Assembly (NCBI GenBank): GCA_964016885.1
Contig: OZ024743.1
Span: 286,068,001 to 286,132,000 of the forward strand
From: Eledone cirrhosa
Taxonomy: Eukaryota
Reading direction: 5' to 3'
Length of the DNA: 64,000 nucleotides
Position numbers and translations under genes: made by a program. The notes under the pieces are model-generated. The model was not told the DNA's origin and searched no databases. It was given only the letters and a program-made list of their open reading frames with translations. Positions 37,359-51,100 of the stretch are shown one piece after another; position 1 is the stretch's first letter, and every line of letters starts with the position of its first letter.

Positions 37359-38269
37359 GTATGTAATCCACATTGAAGTGGATAGTTTTCACATTCTACC
37401 ATTCTTTTAACTTATCTTCTATGATTAAAACTATTATCATATTATAAATATCATACATTATGTGTGTGTATGTATCATCATTTTATATCTACTTTTCATG
37501 CTGGCATGGGTCGAATGGGTTGTTACATTTTTGAGTCAATTCTTATTACTGCTTTCTTAGATGGATTAGAGGACCACATGTTGCTCATACTTTCCATTTT
37601 TGGCATGGATTCTTTAACTGATTTCCCTATGGAGTGTACTGGGTATATTTTATTATTGCACCAACACTTGAGAGGTTTCCTTACTCTCTGCATGACTAAA
37701 GAGTCATGGGAATGTGGGTCTTATATACATAATTGCTTTTATTGAATCTGGCCATTCAGCTATTCATGCCAATCACCAATTTTGTAATTTTCTCAGACCC
37801 ACGAAAACTTGGCATCTTTTTAGAGATAGCCTTTACTCACCTTGTCATAACTAGGTTGTGAGAGTTTTCTTGAGAGCTAACAGTGTCACCCATTGCTCCA
37901 TCTCCCCTATTATCTTATGACTATAATAGCTGTACAATAAAGGTTGCAAGGGGTATACATTTCTAAGATTGTAGGCAGGAGGAGGGATTGGATATATACA
38001 GAATTAATGCTATCCTTCTTTATGTGGGTAACATTGAGCAATGGATATGGGAGTGGGTGGGGTGGTGGGAATAATAAAGCAGTGGTATTTCTAGTTTTGT
38101 AGGCAGTATGGTCAAGGGAATTGGAGAGGAAGAAGAAAAGTGATTTGGATAGTTAAGGGAGTAAAATGGTGGGTACAGTAGATTAAGAGAAGGCTTAACA
38201 TGAATGTATAGGGTGCCCTGCTTGCAGCAGTGGATGGGTCTTTTCTAGCACTAGAAGCTGCCAATTCTC

Positions 38270-38775
38270 ACAGTCTTTAGTCATCTTGGTTATGAGGCTT
38301 AGCTTCTTGATCTCAGTTTTCACCACAAGGTCTATCTCTTCCATGTGTTCCATCCACCCCGAGAGTGTGGCACTGTTTCATGGAACTGATATTCTCCATG
38401 CACATCACGTATCAAAACCAGTGTAGCCTTCCCTCTTGTATACTACAACTGATTTCTTTTAAACCTATTTTCCTTCTCAACTCATTTGTTTTCCTTCATT
38501 CATGCATGCTAACATTACATATCTAGCAAAGCACAGTCACTGTAGATTTTCTGCAATCAAGGCCCATGTTAAACTTCCATGCAACATTACAGTTTGTATA
38601 CAAGAATCGTATAGTCTACTTTTCAATCTGAGAGAAAACCTTTTTGTTGCCAACAACAACTTCCTGAATGTTTTCCACCCTGTTTTTATCTTGACTACTA
38701 TGCTTTCTGTAGATTCACCTCCAGCACTAATGAGATCACCTAGATTACAGTAGCTATTAACTACCTCCATTGAAG
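38270..38775 (-). mobile_element. Degenerate RTE-clade LINE fragment
   Basis: MEVVNSYCNLGDLISAGG..GWKTFRKLL..LRLKSRLYDSCIQTVMLHGS.TW. Confidence 0.7.
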
Positions 38776-39307
38776 TAGTCTTGATGATGATACATTACCA
38801 TAAGATGGTAATCATAAGTAATTAGTTCATCTTGTTTACCTAAATGATTTTTTTTTTATTAAGCATGAAACTTAAATAAAGGAGAGTCAAATGGTTGAAG
38901 GTATGTCTGCGTGATTATCTGGATTTGACCCCACTGTGTGGCACCTTGGCAAGTGTCTTCTACCATAGTCTTGAATTGACCAATCTTTTTTCTGTTGTAG
39001 ATGAAAACAGTATAGGGGTCTGTTGTATGAATGTGTGTGTCTGTCTTTCACCTGTGTATGATATCGCTGAGAAAAACGAAAGATTGCAGCTTTTAAATAA
39101 CAATACCACGTGTGATATATATTCTATAGCAAGTTACACAGACAAACCCGTCACCCACTCCATCATAAATGTAGTGAACCACTGGTTGGACCATTGGAAT
39201 ATTGGAAACCTATAACTAATGATGTTATTGTTTATCAAATGCAATAAATAAATGTTATATAATGATTTTCTAGATTTGATAAGGATTTTTATTTTTTCTT
39301 CTACTAG

Positions 39308-39345
39308 ACCTTACAGTGTTGAAGTAATACCATATTACTATCATG
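39308..39345 (+). CDS. PDE9-N-terminus-like small protein, exon 4 (38 nt)
   Basis: ttttcttctactag| (Q)PYSVEVIPYYYH G|gtaagt. Phase 2 to phase 1. Confidence 0.75.
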
Positions 39346-41013
39346 GTAAGTAAAAGTTACATTTTTCTTTGCTATCATATTCATTGTTATTGTCATCTTT
39401 TGTGCATGCTTCAATTAAAAACCTATCAGTTCTGTCTTCTCACTGTGTTCCTTTATTTGATTTCCCTCAGTTATCTGATGATTGGCTTTAAGGTTCAGTT
39501 ATATGCACACATACACCCAGTAGTGGAACTACGTCATATCTCGCAATAGCAACATTTTCATATGCAATAAGGTTAAACAGACCAATGGTAAATTGTGTAT
39601 GAATACATTGTCACTCTCTCGTGAAAACCACAGTACACGAGGAGACAAGGAGATGAAGCGGACTACGAAAGCGTGAAGACTCATTATAGTTTGACTCCTA
39701 CTATATTCCCTCCATAATCCTGTTAGAAGGAATATAACAGTCATTGACAAACCATGTTCTCTTTTGTGTCAATTGTTCAGCTACTGCTGATCTATTATTG
39801 AGATATTCTATTGCCTGTACGGAAATCAACTTTCAACAATAAAAATGATATTGATGATGGTGATGATGATGATGATGATGATTGAGCGTTAAAAAGATAT
39901 TTATAATATCCTGGAAGTCAGAAGCATGTCACTGCAAATAAGAAGCAACAAATTTATCGACTAAGGTATTTCTCTTATTATCGTTTTGTAAAAACATGAT
40001 CCTTGGAACATTTCAACTTGTAGTTATAAAAAGATATAGGTAATATTTAACTCCTCATCATTCCTATAACCCCATTCTACCCTTTTATCATCCTATTAAG
40101 TTCCACCACACATCTTTCACCTATAACATCAAATATGTCTTTCATCCCTCCTATAGTTACATACCCATGATATACTTATTATTCTTTGTATCTCCCCCAT
40201 CCTATTCCCATATTATGCTCTAGGGTAGAGAAGGCTATTCAGGCTAGTGCTGGTACCACAATAAAATATACTCAGTTCACTCTGTAAAGGTGGTGATGTT
40301 AGGAAGGGCTTCTAATTGTAGAAACCATGATAAAAAAGTTGAGAAGACCCTTCAGTTACGACAACAACCTTTGTAGTGCTGGTACCACAAAAAAAAGAAA
40401 ATGCACCCAGTACATCCTGTAAGGTGGTTGGTGGTAGGAAGAGCATAGAAATCATGGCAAAAAAGGTTGAGTGGACTCTTCAGTTGTGTCAAGGACAACA
40501 ACCTCTCTCATGTTAGTTTTGACTATAAAATGCATCTGGTGCACTCAGTAGATTGTGGGAATGTATCTAACTGAGATGTGGGGTTCTGAGAGATGAATAG
40601 CTCCAGTTACGTACTGAGTTGTTCTGTGATGATCCATCCAACTCTTGTTAACGGAAAACAGACGTTGATGATACATATACACATTAGTGTCTCACTTGTT
40701 AATTATGATGAGTAGAAAAACTGCAATAAACTGAGATAATACTCTGCAATTTGAAGACAAGAACTCTTTTTAAGGCTGTTCAAATCTAGGAAAAGCAAGC
40801 TTTAAATATCTTATCAACAATCACCTGTGAATTGAGAACATGAAAATCTGACTAGCAACTCACTGACATAGTATATGTAAACAGTATATGTAAAACATAC
40901 TGATATGAACATACATATATTTATATATGTACATGGAGATATAAGCTGCAATCGTGATCTTGTTAAAATTTAACTCTAATCTAATTCTCTTATTATTTTA
41001 ATTTTATTTCCAG

Positions 41014-41090
41014 CGCAACCATTATCCTTTGTCCAAAAAGATCATCTGAGATTGTTTATTAATGCAAAATTAAAAGCTTTTACAAATAGA
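41014..41090 (+). CDS. PDE9-N-terminus-like small protein, exon 5
   Basis: ttttatttccag| AQPLSFVQKDHLRLFINAKLKAFTNR |gtaagt. Confidence 0.8.
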
Positions 41091-41524
41091 GTAAGTAAAT
41101 GATTTTCAAGCATTATAGTTATTATGAATTTAATAGCATTTATTACATTCATGTATAAATAACTATGTAATATATAGAACAGAATTAAAAAAAGATTTTT
41201 TTTTCATTTAATTGTTTTACATCGATTATGCCATAGAACTATTTTCCAGCTAGATGCCATTCATGCTGTAGATGCCATATTGTGTTATGCAGTTTACATA
41301 ACACAATGTTTGTAGAAAGATGTCCATCACTTTAACATATCACCTTAGTGTTTCTTAATAATGTTTAAGGAAACATATTTAGCTTTGCTGTAAATAGATG
41401 ATAATAGATGTCTCTAGGATACTAATCCTAGAGACATCTATCATTGGAGCTGGATAGCTGGGGTTGAGCTCCCACTGGCCTAAAAAGTTTCTCCATATAG
41501 ATGTACATCTTGATCACTTCATCA

Positions 41525-42805
41525 TAATAATAATGACATATTGTGTACAGTGCTCAGGTGCACTTCAACTCATCAAAAAGTGTATGTATAGTACATAGGG
41601 TAATGCACAAACGTCAGGAAAATGAACAGTGCATGAGTCATGATATACACGTGTGCATGTGTATGGAAGGGGTACATCAGGTGTAGTTTTGGCGAATTTT
41701 GGGAAGCATGAGGGTTTTAAAGGTGTCTTGGCAGCTAACAACTGACGCAGGCAGTTTGTTCCATGCTTCAGCAACTCTGAGCGTGAAAAAATGTTTCCGA
41801 AAGTCATGGGAGCTCTGCTGTTTTCTGATTTTGTAGGCATGTCCACGTGTGTTAGACACATGGAGATCAAAAAGGTGCTCAGGGTTGTTGTTGGCGAGAT
41901 GGTTAATAACTTTGTGGGTGTTTACCAAGTCCATTGCCAGACGTCGGAGCTTCAATGAATCCATGCCCAGGGAAGCAAGGCGTTCAGAGTATGGTAGGTG
42001 TCTGATGGAGGGTATGCGCTTGGTTGCACGTCTCTGAACAGTTTCCAGGAGGTCAATGTTCTGAGCAAGATAGGGGTTCCAGACTGATGATGTGAATTCC
42101 AAGTGTGGTCGTACCACAGCTGTATACAGCTTTAAATAGATGGCTGGAGAGCGGCTAACAAAGGTCTTGCTGAATGATGCCAAGACACCCTCGGCCTTCT
42201 TGACAATCTTAGAGACATGCTTTGTCCAACGCAAATCGCTGCTGACAATAATGCCCAGGTCACGTTCACAAGAGGACTTCTTGATATCAGTTTGTGGAGG
42301 GAGTATGTGGACGCTGGATTTTTCCTCCCAAAATGCATGGTGGTACACTTGTCCACAGCCAGCTTCAGTTGCCAGTCTGATCCATTGCTGCATTGTGTCC
42401 AGGTATGATCGTAGGAAAGAGTTGTAGATTTCAGGATCAGTCCTTTTGATTTCAAGGTACAGCTTGATGTCATCTGCATATTTCAGTACCGTGGCATTCT
42501 TTAAGTTGGCATCTATGTCATTAATATATGCCACAAACAAAAGGGGACCAAGAACAGATCCCTGTGGTACACCAGATGACATCTCATATGGTGAAGAATG
42601 CTGTCCTAGAACCGTGACTACCTCTTTTCGGCTGAGAATGAAGGATTTGAACCAGTTAAAAAGATCATCCCTCACACCCATTGCAGAGAGTTTTACCATA
42701 AGTCTTTTGTGTGGCACAGAATTAAAAGCCTTAGCGAAGTCAAGGTAAACAACATCCACCCATGAGCCTCTGTCAGTGATCCGGGTAATGTCTTCAAGGA
42801 ACATC
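41525..42805 (-). mobile_element. CR1/L2-group LINE, 5'-truncated, antisense in intron 5
   Basis: High identity to ~17680-18962. YLDFAKAF, GVPQGSVLGP and YADD present, with two compensating small deletions. Confidence 0.95.
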
Positions 42806-43419
42806 AATTTTTCCACAGTTGCATAGGTTAGATAGGTCGTTCACGCTGGGAGGCAAGTCTGGCCAGGGTTAGACATGTGTTGCACCTTGCTCTAGCGAGG
42901 ACTGTAATTTGGCTGGGTATATTACAGCTGGATGCCCTTCCTAACACCAACCATGTTTCTGTAATACAAATCCTCCTCAAACATCCTTGTCGCAGTACTG
43001 GCAGGCATTCAGGTCAGGTGCGAAATGGCTTGCCTGAAATCCAGTATGTATCTGCTTCAGGATCCAGCAACAATTGGTGCCATTGACCTCTGCAACTGCA
43101 AATAGCTTACGCAAGTATCTGCCTTCTCTGAAATCCAAGACACACTTGTCTTGATATTTAGTGGTTTCCTTTGTTGGTATTCCTACTGCTATTGTTGACA
43201 TTCAACAGGAAGAAGAGCTGCTATGAATCACATTATCCCAATATGTGTATGCTTGTGGCTGGAGACTGCCTGTGAAAATCAGATCATCATCTCCATAATG
43301 AGACTGTAATCATGAATCTACATACACTACACATCAGAATACAAACAATGCTGTGCATCAATGGGAGCCAACATACTTGTTCTTCAAACAGAACAAGTGG
43401 TAATTATGCAAGCTGAATT

Positions 43420-44340
43420 CCTAGCCAGCAGGGAAAACTACTTTTTTGCCTTCTGGAATATAAAAACATTGACGACTTTAGAAATACAAATACTGACTAT
43501 GCATACCCGACATCAGTATAATATAGATGTCATATGTCTCTCAGAAGTGAGACTAGTTGACACTGGCAATCAATCCTTTAAGATTTCGCATTTCTCAGTT
43601 GACTCTCACTTGTATCACAGTGATGTTAACAATGACCCTAGATAGCATGATATGCCTTTTTCTTCTAAAGAGAAGGTTAATACCTTTCTGATATGCTAGA
43701 AGCCCATAGCCTCATGCTTAATTCAAATTCGTCTAAAGGCCATCTTGTATAATATTTCTGTCATCTTAGTTTATGTGCCAACCTTAGATAGTGATGATCC
43801 TGTGAACTATGAATCCCACAGTAACCTCTAACCTCAGTGTGGCTGGAATATCAATACAACAAAGGCAAAGATAGTATCTGCTGGTATCTCACACTCAGAT
43901 CATACTCAATGGCAAGATTTTGGAAGAGGTTGATTACTTCTAGTACTTTGGAACTACCTTCACTGTTTCAGGACAGGGTAACAATAAAATAGATGTCCTT
44001 GCTGTATTTCATTAGCTTCAGTGCAGGCTTTCACCTAGGTTAGAGCTCCATTTGGCCACAAAACATACATCTACCAAGCACTCTTTCACATAATTCTTTC
44101 ATATAGCTGTGAGATATAGTCAGTGAGAACAGCATACTTACACAATCTAGAAGTATTGGACCACTCTTGCATTTGCCAAATTCTCTATGTTTGTGCATTG
44201 GATTTTATTTCAAATTCTGAAATTATGTGTCACTGTTGGATTGGTTTGGTTACACACTGTTGACAGCTGAAAATGTAGATTACCAAAATCAAGTTGAATT
44301 TTGAATCAATATTTGGCTCTTGCTTATATGGCATCCATCA
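43420..44340 (+). mobile_element. Highly degenerate RTE-like LINE (APE endonuclease and C-terminal remnants)
   Basis: AFWNIKTL..YNIDVICLSEVR, VILVYVPT and ..SCEI remnants. Confidence 0.55.
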
Positions 44341-45040
44341 TTGGAGTCACAGCTGGCTGACAATCTCAGCATCAGGTGCCTGTAATTGCCATTCATGGTC
44401 AGTTTCTGTTCCCAATGCTGTGGATTCACTGGCTGGAGTTGACTCAAGCCATCATGAGTGAATGCCAATACAAGTAATAGCCTTTGTACTTTTTAATTAT
44501 TTTAAAGAAAATATTCAGTCAAGTTCTCTGATGATATTGTAATGGATGAGCCCCAACTAGGTTGAAATCATGATAGTTTGGTTGTCAAATTCTCACACTC
44601 TCTCTTTAGAAGTTTTACTTTCAGAAGATTATACACCAGGTTATTAGTTCAAATTCTGTATTGTTTGTGTTTCAGAATTATTTAAAAAGGGATTATTTAC
44701 CTAAATGCTGGTACCAAGTTATTATTAATACTACCTGAAACATTGTTTTTACTATTAAACCATTTAAAAAAATAAATTATATTTTCAATAGTTTAATCTA
44801 CCCTGTTATGGGACAGGTTCTTGTAGCATACTGAATAAAAATATTGTGCTTTGTGTATAATAAAAGTTTGTAAGTTCAATACCATCATGTACACAGGCAA
44901 ATATTGAACCTAATAATAGATAGACACAAGATAGAAAATACATGAAAAAATGAGGTTAACATTCTGAATAACATTTCCATTTGTTTAAAGGTTTATGAAT
45001 TTCTATTGATAAATTATTTTTCAATACTTTTGTATTATAG

Positions 45041-45103
45041 ATAGAAGCCTTACAAGATGCCATTCCTGATTATCTGAAATCTATTGAAAAAACAATATTG
45101 AGA
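45041..45103 (+). CDS. PDE9-N-terminus-like small protein, exon 6 (probable GC donor)
   Basis: ttttgtattatag| IEALQDAIPDYLKSIEKTILR |gcaagt. Phase 0 on both sides. Confidence 0.75.
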
Positions 45104-46269
45104 GCAAGTATCTTCTTTTCAATTTTTATTGGTCTTTTAAGAATAATATTTGGGTCATGGTTGCCTATCTTATTAATAAATTTACCCCAAGAAGTGGTGA
45201 TTTATTATTAGATACACTTCACTATCATCATCATCATCATCATCGTTGCTGTCGCCGTGAGAAAGGGAGGGGGTGATTAGAGAAGTCTAGTGTCCTCTAG
45301 ATGCTTGCATCATCCTGTGTACATGGAAAGGCAGGTCTTCTGCAGTACAGCATATTGCCAGAGGTCTCGATTCAAAGGTTTAATTGTGCAAGGTTAGATT
45401 TTATCACTTCATCCCAAGTTTTTCTAGGTCTTCCTCTTCCATAGTTTCCTTCAACTTCAAGTGCCTTGCACTTTTTGATACAACTGTCACCCTCCATATG
45501 CATCACAAGTCCATACCACCACAATCTCTTCTCTTGCACACTGCATCTGATTCCTCTTCTGTTCAGTTTCTCCCTTACTATGTTTGCTTAACCAGGGTTG
45601 ATCTGCAGTTAAACTACATACTTAAATGTGAATGTAATATGTAGGAATACCAACAAAAAATTATGACTTCAATGCTTATTAGTATCTTCTCAGCTTTGAG
45701 ATTGGTGTGATGTGTAAACATCTTATAGAAATGCTGAGGTCAGACTATGTTGTGTTAATTATTTAGTAAAATACTGCAAACACCATAGAGCATCTGGATT
45801 CATACGTTAAGTTCATATGAACATTTAGTCTTGGTACAAAGGGGTATTTAGGTTGAGAACCCAAGTTAAGGAAAGAACTACAAGATGTTGAATTTGTGTT
45901 TCTTTGAAAAATCACACAAGTTATATTTACATATATTGTATTTGCAAATCCATGTTCTGTGGGTTTTTTTAAAATATAATTTTTCTTGCTATATAATTGT
46001 TAATGTGTTAATTAAGATTTAAAAATCATATCTCAAATTCCATACAGCCAGACCATTACAAAGCCATCTGCAACCACACCCACAGATAATTAGTCATAAA
46101 GCTCTTTCTTAGAATGTGACAGGTACAAAATTTGAATCACTTTTTTCTCAAAATGTCTTACACAATTTATATTCAAAACCTTGAGAGTCTGTGTGTGTGT
46201 ATATATATGCTTGCACATACACACATGCATATGTAATCTATGTATATGTATGATTTATTTTAATTTCAG

Positions 46270-46377
46270 GATCTGCAACAAAAGTTGAAACCTACACTAG
46301 ATTTCCTTGAAAACCGTTTGGAACAGTCCAAGTTAGCTTCCTGGGAAGGAAAAATAAAGCAGTCTCCTCTTTGGTGA
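46270..46377 (+). CDS. PDE9-N-terminus-like small protein, terminal coding exon 7
   Basis: tttttaatttcag| DLQQKLKPTLDFLENRLEQSKLASWEGKIKQSPLW, TGA at 46375-46377. The seven exons sum to 522 nt. Confidence 0.8.
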   Translation, partial: DLQQKLKPTLDFLENRLEQSKLASWEGKIKQSPLW

Positions 46378-46658
46378 TCTATACCATTTACTCAAGCTCA
46401 CCCTGCATTATTTTATATCTATTTTCCATGCTTACATGGGAAATGGTTGTCATAAATTTGTATTTTTGCATAATGTTAACACAAAATATGTATAAGTTGG
46501 ATGTCTTTCCTACTATAAATCACTTGAGGTGTTGGAAATGTTTATCAATCAGATACACTGAGGCAACTGCAAGTACCACACAATGTAATAAGATTTTAAC
46601 AAAGGGTAGTTCAAAATCTCAGTGTGTCTTTAGATAATATATAAATAGATAGATATAA

Positions 46659-46718
<60 letters not shown>

Positions 46719-47547
46719 GAGATACATATAATAAACATGAGTATATGTGTATGTGTGTATATATATATACATATATATTTTTCCAGATCCATGCTAGCGT
46801 GGAAAATGAACATTAAACGATGATGATGATATATACATACACATATGCACATCCCAGTTTTAGCAAAAGGTACAGCATATCCATATCCATATCCCTGTGT
46901 ATTTTAAGAAACTACTAAAAGAGTTGGCATCAGGAAAGATACCGGGCATAAAATACTGTCCCAAAAAGTCCTCCAACAATGATATGTATATTATATGTAT
47001 ATATAAAAAAAATATGTGTACATATAAATATGTCTGTGTGCGTGTGTGTATTTATTAATCATATACACGATATTACATAATAGGTAACAATTGATTTCAC
47101 ACTCCAAAAGAAAACTTACATGATGCTAACACCATCATTATATATTTATTTATATATGTATATAGCAGGGGAAAATGAATGTTGATGATGATGATATATA
47201 TATGTATTAATATAAGCCAGTATTGCACCAAGAAAAATAAAACGGTGTAAAAAGATTATGAAGAATTTATTTGCTTTGACATGTTTCTGTGTCTATTATA
47301 AATTGTCTACATATGCTGACTACAATATATATTGTTCAATCATATGCAATACTTAATTATTTATTACACTTCATCAGAAAGCCTATAGTAAATTCAACTA
47401 TTTTCTATGCGATATATATATATATAGAGAGAGAGATGTGTATGTATATATGTAGCCTTCTGCTTAAGCTCCATCCACATGTGCGTTTACACTTGATGTT
47501 GAATGTATGGTCACTGGTCGATATATGTGTGTTTAGTAAAACATCTA

Positions 47548-47642
47548 TCTACTGATGATGGGTTCTGATGTCTTTATAGTGCCTGTTATTTAATAATGGT
47601 AATTGGCATTATTTCTCTTCAATCCTGAAACAGCTGTATAGA
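47548..47642 (+). ncRNA. Type I hammerhead ribozyme motif with enlarged stem-loop II
   Basis: tcta-CTGATGA-t-ggg...cct-GAAAC-agct-GTA-taga. Stem III is the palindrome ACAGCTGT. Confidence 0.6.
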
Positions 47643-47717
47643 CTAGAGGAATGTACTCCTGTTGGCCTGTGCATTTGCCAGATAATATGATTAATATTTT
47701 ATGTATTGATCCAAATA

Positions 47718-47758
<41 letters not shown>

Positions 47759-48071
47759 CACCATCACCCTCACCATTTTACATCTCATTTTCATGCTTGC
47801 ATATAAAATATGTATAAAAGTGTTTGTAAAAATGATGATATATATATATATCATTATTTTTATATCTGCTTTTCCAAGTCAATATGGGTTGTATAGACAT
47901 TTTTAATGCAATATTCTACAGTTGAATGCTCTTCATGATGTTAACCCTTACTTTTTAAGTATGGTATTTACTCCACTGATATTCAGCTGTCAAAATGCTA
48001 CAGTGTGAGACATTGTTTATGCAGGCTGTAAACAAGTGGTACCAGTGTCAACATGAAGACAGATGTATGCA

Positions 48072-48102
<31 letters not shown>

Positions 48103-51100
48103 ATACACATACACTTATATATATGTATGTGTTGGATCTCCATCAGTTTCAACGACGAATGTTTAAACAACAGAACAACCTGTTTGTGAAATTAATGTAT
48201 AAGTAGCTGAGCATTCCACTGACACATATATCTTTAATATAGTTCTCAGGGAGATTCAGGTGACTCTTTGAATTACAGGTACAACTAATTTTTGTCAGCT
48301 AATTGGATTGAAACAATGAAATAAAATGTCTTTGCACAAGGATACAACATGCCACCTGGGCTAGTAATTGAACTCACGACCTTACTACTGTGAGCCTAAC
48401 ACCCTAGCCACTAAGTCACAAGCCATCTCAAAAGTTTAGATCCTTATAGTACCTAGGTTTCTCAAGCAATCACCCAACTCAGTACTAACTAGACTGGATG
48501 TTGCTTAATTTTGGTGGTTCGATGAGAATTAGTGTTTTCAACCTGATATAGTCATAAACACACATATATATATTAAACTCATGCACACATATACATATTA
48601 TATATATGTACACATGTATATATATTAAACACACATACACATATGGCAGGCTTCCACATAGTGAAGGCATGTGGCCTAGTGGTTAAAATGATAGACTCAC
48701 AAACATAAGGTTATGGATTTGATTCCTAGACCAAGGGGTACATTGTGTTCTTGAGCAAAATATTTTATTTCACTTTGCTCCTTCTGTCAGGTGTTGCAAC
48801 TGGAAGATAGTATCACCAATGAAAAGATCTATGGTAATACTGCTTCTTTGGTTTGAAATGACAATCAGTTCCATTCCTTTGCACACATTTTCTATTTACT
48901 AAATTTCACAGACAAGGCATTGATCAGTTCGAAGCTACAGTAGAAAATACTTGCTCCAGGATCAAACCTGAAGCTACATGGTTGTGAAGAGAGCTTTTAG
49001 CCCCGTAGCAATGCTTACGCCTTTCAAGTGGCCAGTCCATTATATAATGAGTGTTTTTGTGTGCATGTATATATATATATATATATAAGTGGTTACACAA
49101 CAGTGTATATTACCTTCCAGTGTTCTACCACTATATATATATAAATGTGCAAAAATAGTTACAGTTTATATTATAGAAATAACACCCAGATGATTATACA
49201 TTTATAGTTAGTACAACAGATTCATGAAGTTACTATAATGATGACATACTTATAACAATTAGATAAAGAAAATACAAGTATTTAGGTTCTCAAATTGTAT
49301 TTACACATTCCTGTAGTATAATTTCTATAGTCAAGCTCACTTTGGCACAGAGCACTATTTTACAAAGTGTACTGCAGTACCCATTATAAACAAAATACTA
49401 AGTATCTCATTCAAAAGAAAACAAATTATTTTCCTTAGGTTACTGTGTCTGCATGGACAAGGGCAACAACAAAATTACCTAAGGGTCTGTAAATTCCTGT
49501 ATGAGTGGTAGTCATCAACTAAGACCATTATAGAGAAAGACTGTCTTGTGGTATATGTTGATGGGAGAGAACAATGGTTAACAGTAGGGGTGATGACAGG
49601 GACTTAATTAATAGAGCAGTAGAGAGAGGCTAGATAGGAGTATACTGGGCATGAAGACCACAAATTTTTATGACTGTTTTACCTTGATACCATAGATGAT
49701 TGTGTCTACTCTAACACAGCATGACACCAAACAATGTGGTTCTTTGTCATCTCTATTATGAGGTTTAGCTACTCTATGTTAGAAATACAAAATAAATTAT
49801 GAGTTCTAATTAATTCAATTTCAGTTGCTAATCACAGCTGAAGAATAGAGACAATGTACATATTACATATGTATGTGTGTGTGAGTGTGTCTGTCTGTTT
49901 GTATGTATTCGTTAGCTGTGAATAAAGACTAAAATTGTATAAATTGGAATTTATTTTACATCATATATTTTTTTCTGTTTCTAACATGTTGAGAAACCTG
50001 GGAATGTATGTTGATCTTTTTTGTGATATTTTTGGAAAGTGTATAGATTAAAAAAAATAATTTGTCCACTTCTGGCAAAAAAATTATTTTAATTAATTTA
50101 TCTTTTTTTTCCTATCAGTTATCTTGCCAGGATAAATTAATGATCTGTATTCAAACAATTTCACTTCATTTATGTTGTTAATGTACTTGAAAACAAAACA
50201 AAACAAAAACAATTTTGCACTATCTCTTTTCTTTTTGTGGGGAAAACATACCTGCTGTTGACAACAGTTAATAAATTTGTGTCAGATCTCTTTAATGGAA
50301 ATATTGATGAGTTGTAGTGCACCTGAGCACTATACACAATAATTCTATTATATTATTATTATTATTTTATATTATGGTAGCTAAATGAAATAGATGTTAT
50401 GTAAACAAATCTCTTTTCAAAGAAATCAATAACTGATGAGTTTAGGGAAATGAGGTGAGTGTTTTGGTGTTAAAAGTAATGCAGGCAAAATCAGATTGTA
50501 TTGTCATTCAGAGAAAATAGTGAATGAGGTTTAAGCAATAAAATACTGTTGGTTTGAGGACATTGGTAACAATTAAGAATTTAGGATGAAGCAAGGTACA
50601 GCATCAAACTGAGAGCAACAATTGTCCTTGTAAATGTTATCAGTTTTAGTATATATAAAGGAACATTGAAATGATACTAATGATTGTGTAACAGTGTAAT
50701 GGTATCAGTGTCAGTAGTGTATATTCAAAGCTACTCATACACTTTTATACTATTCTGTTCTTATGTGTTCTACATGTTCACACATATATGACATTCATTT
50801 TATTAAACAATGTTCATATTTATCTTGTAATATACTATTCAGTTTGTATAGAATATTATAGAATATCATGCATGCTTAGTCAAACTGGTTAAAGAAATTA
50901 ATTATTGTTTAATGTCCAGTTTTCCATGCTGGCATGGATAACCATAAACTTCATTAATTTATTGTGAATCAAATAACACAAAGGGAAAATCTGGAGTTTA
51001 TTCCTGTATTTTGTTTCTTTCTTTTTTTAGGCATTAGGCATTGATACAAATGCTAGCCTGTAGCAGATTTTTGATCACGGGAGAATTCAAGCTCACCATT

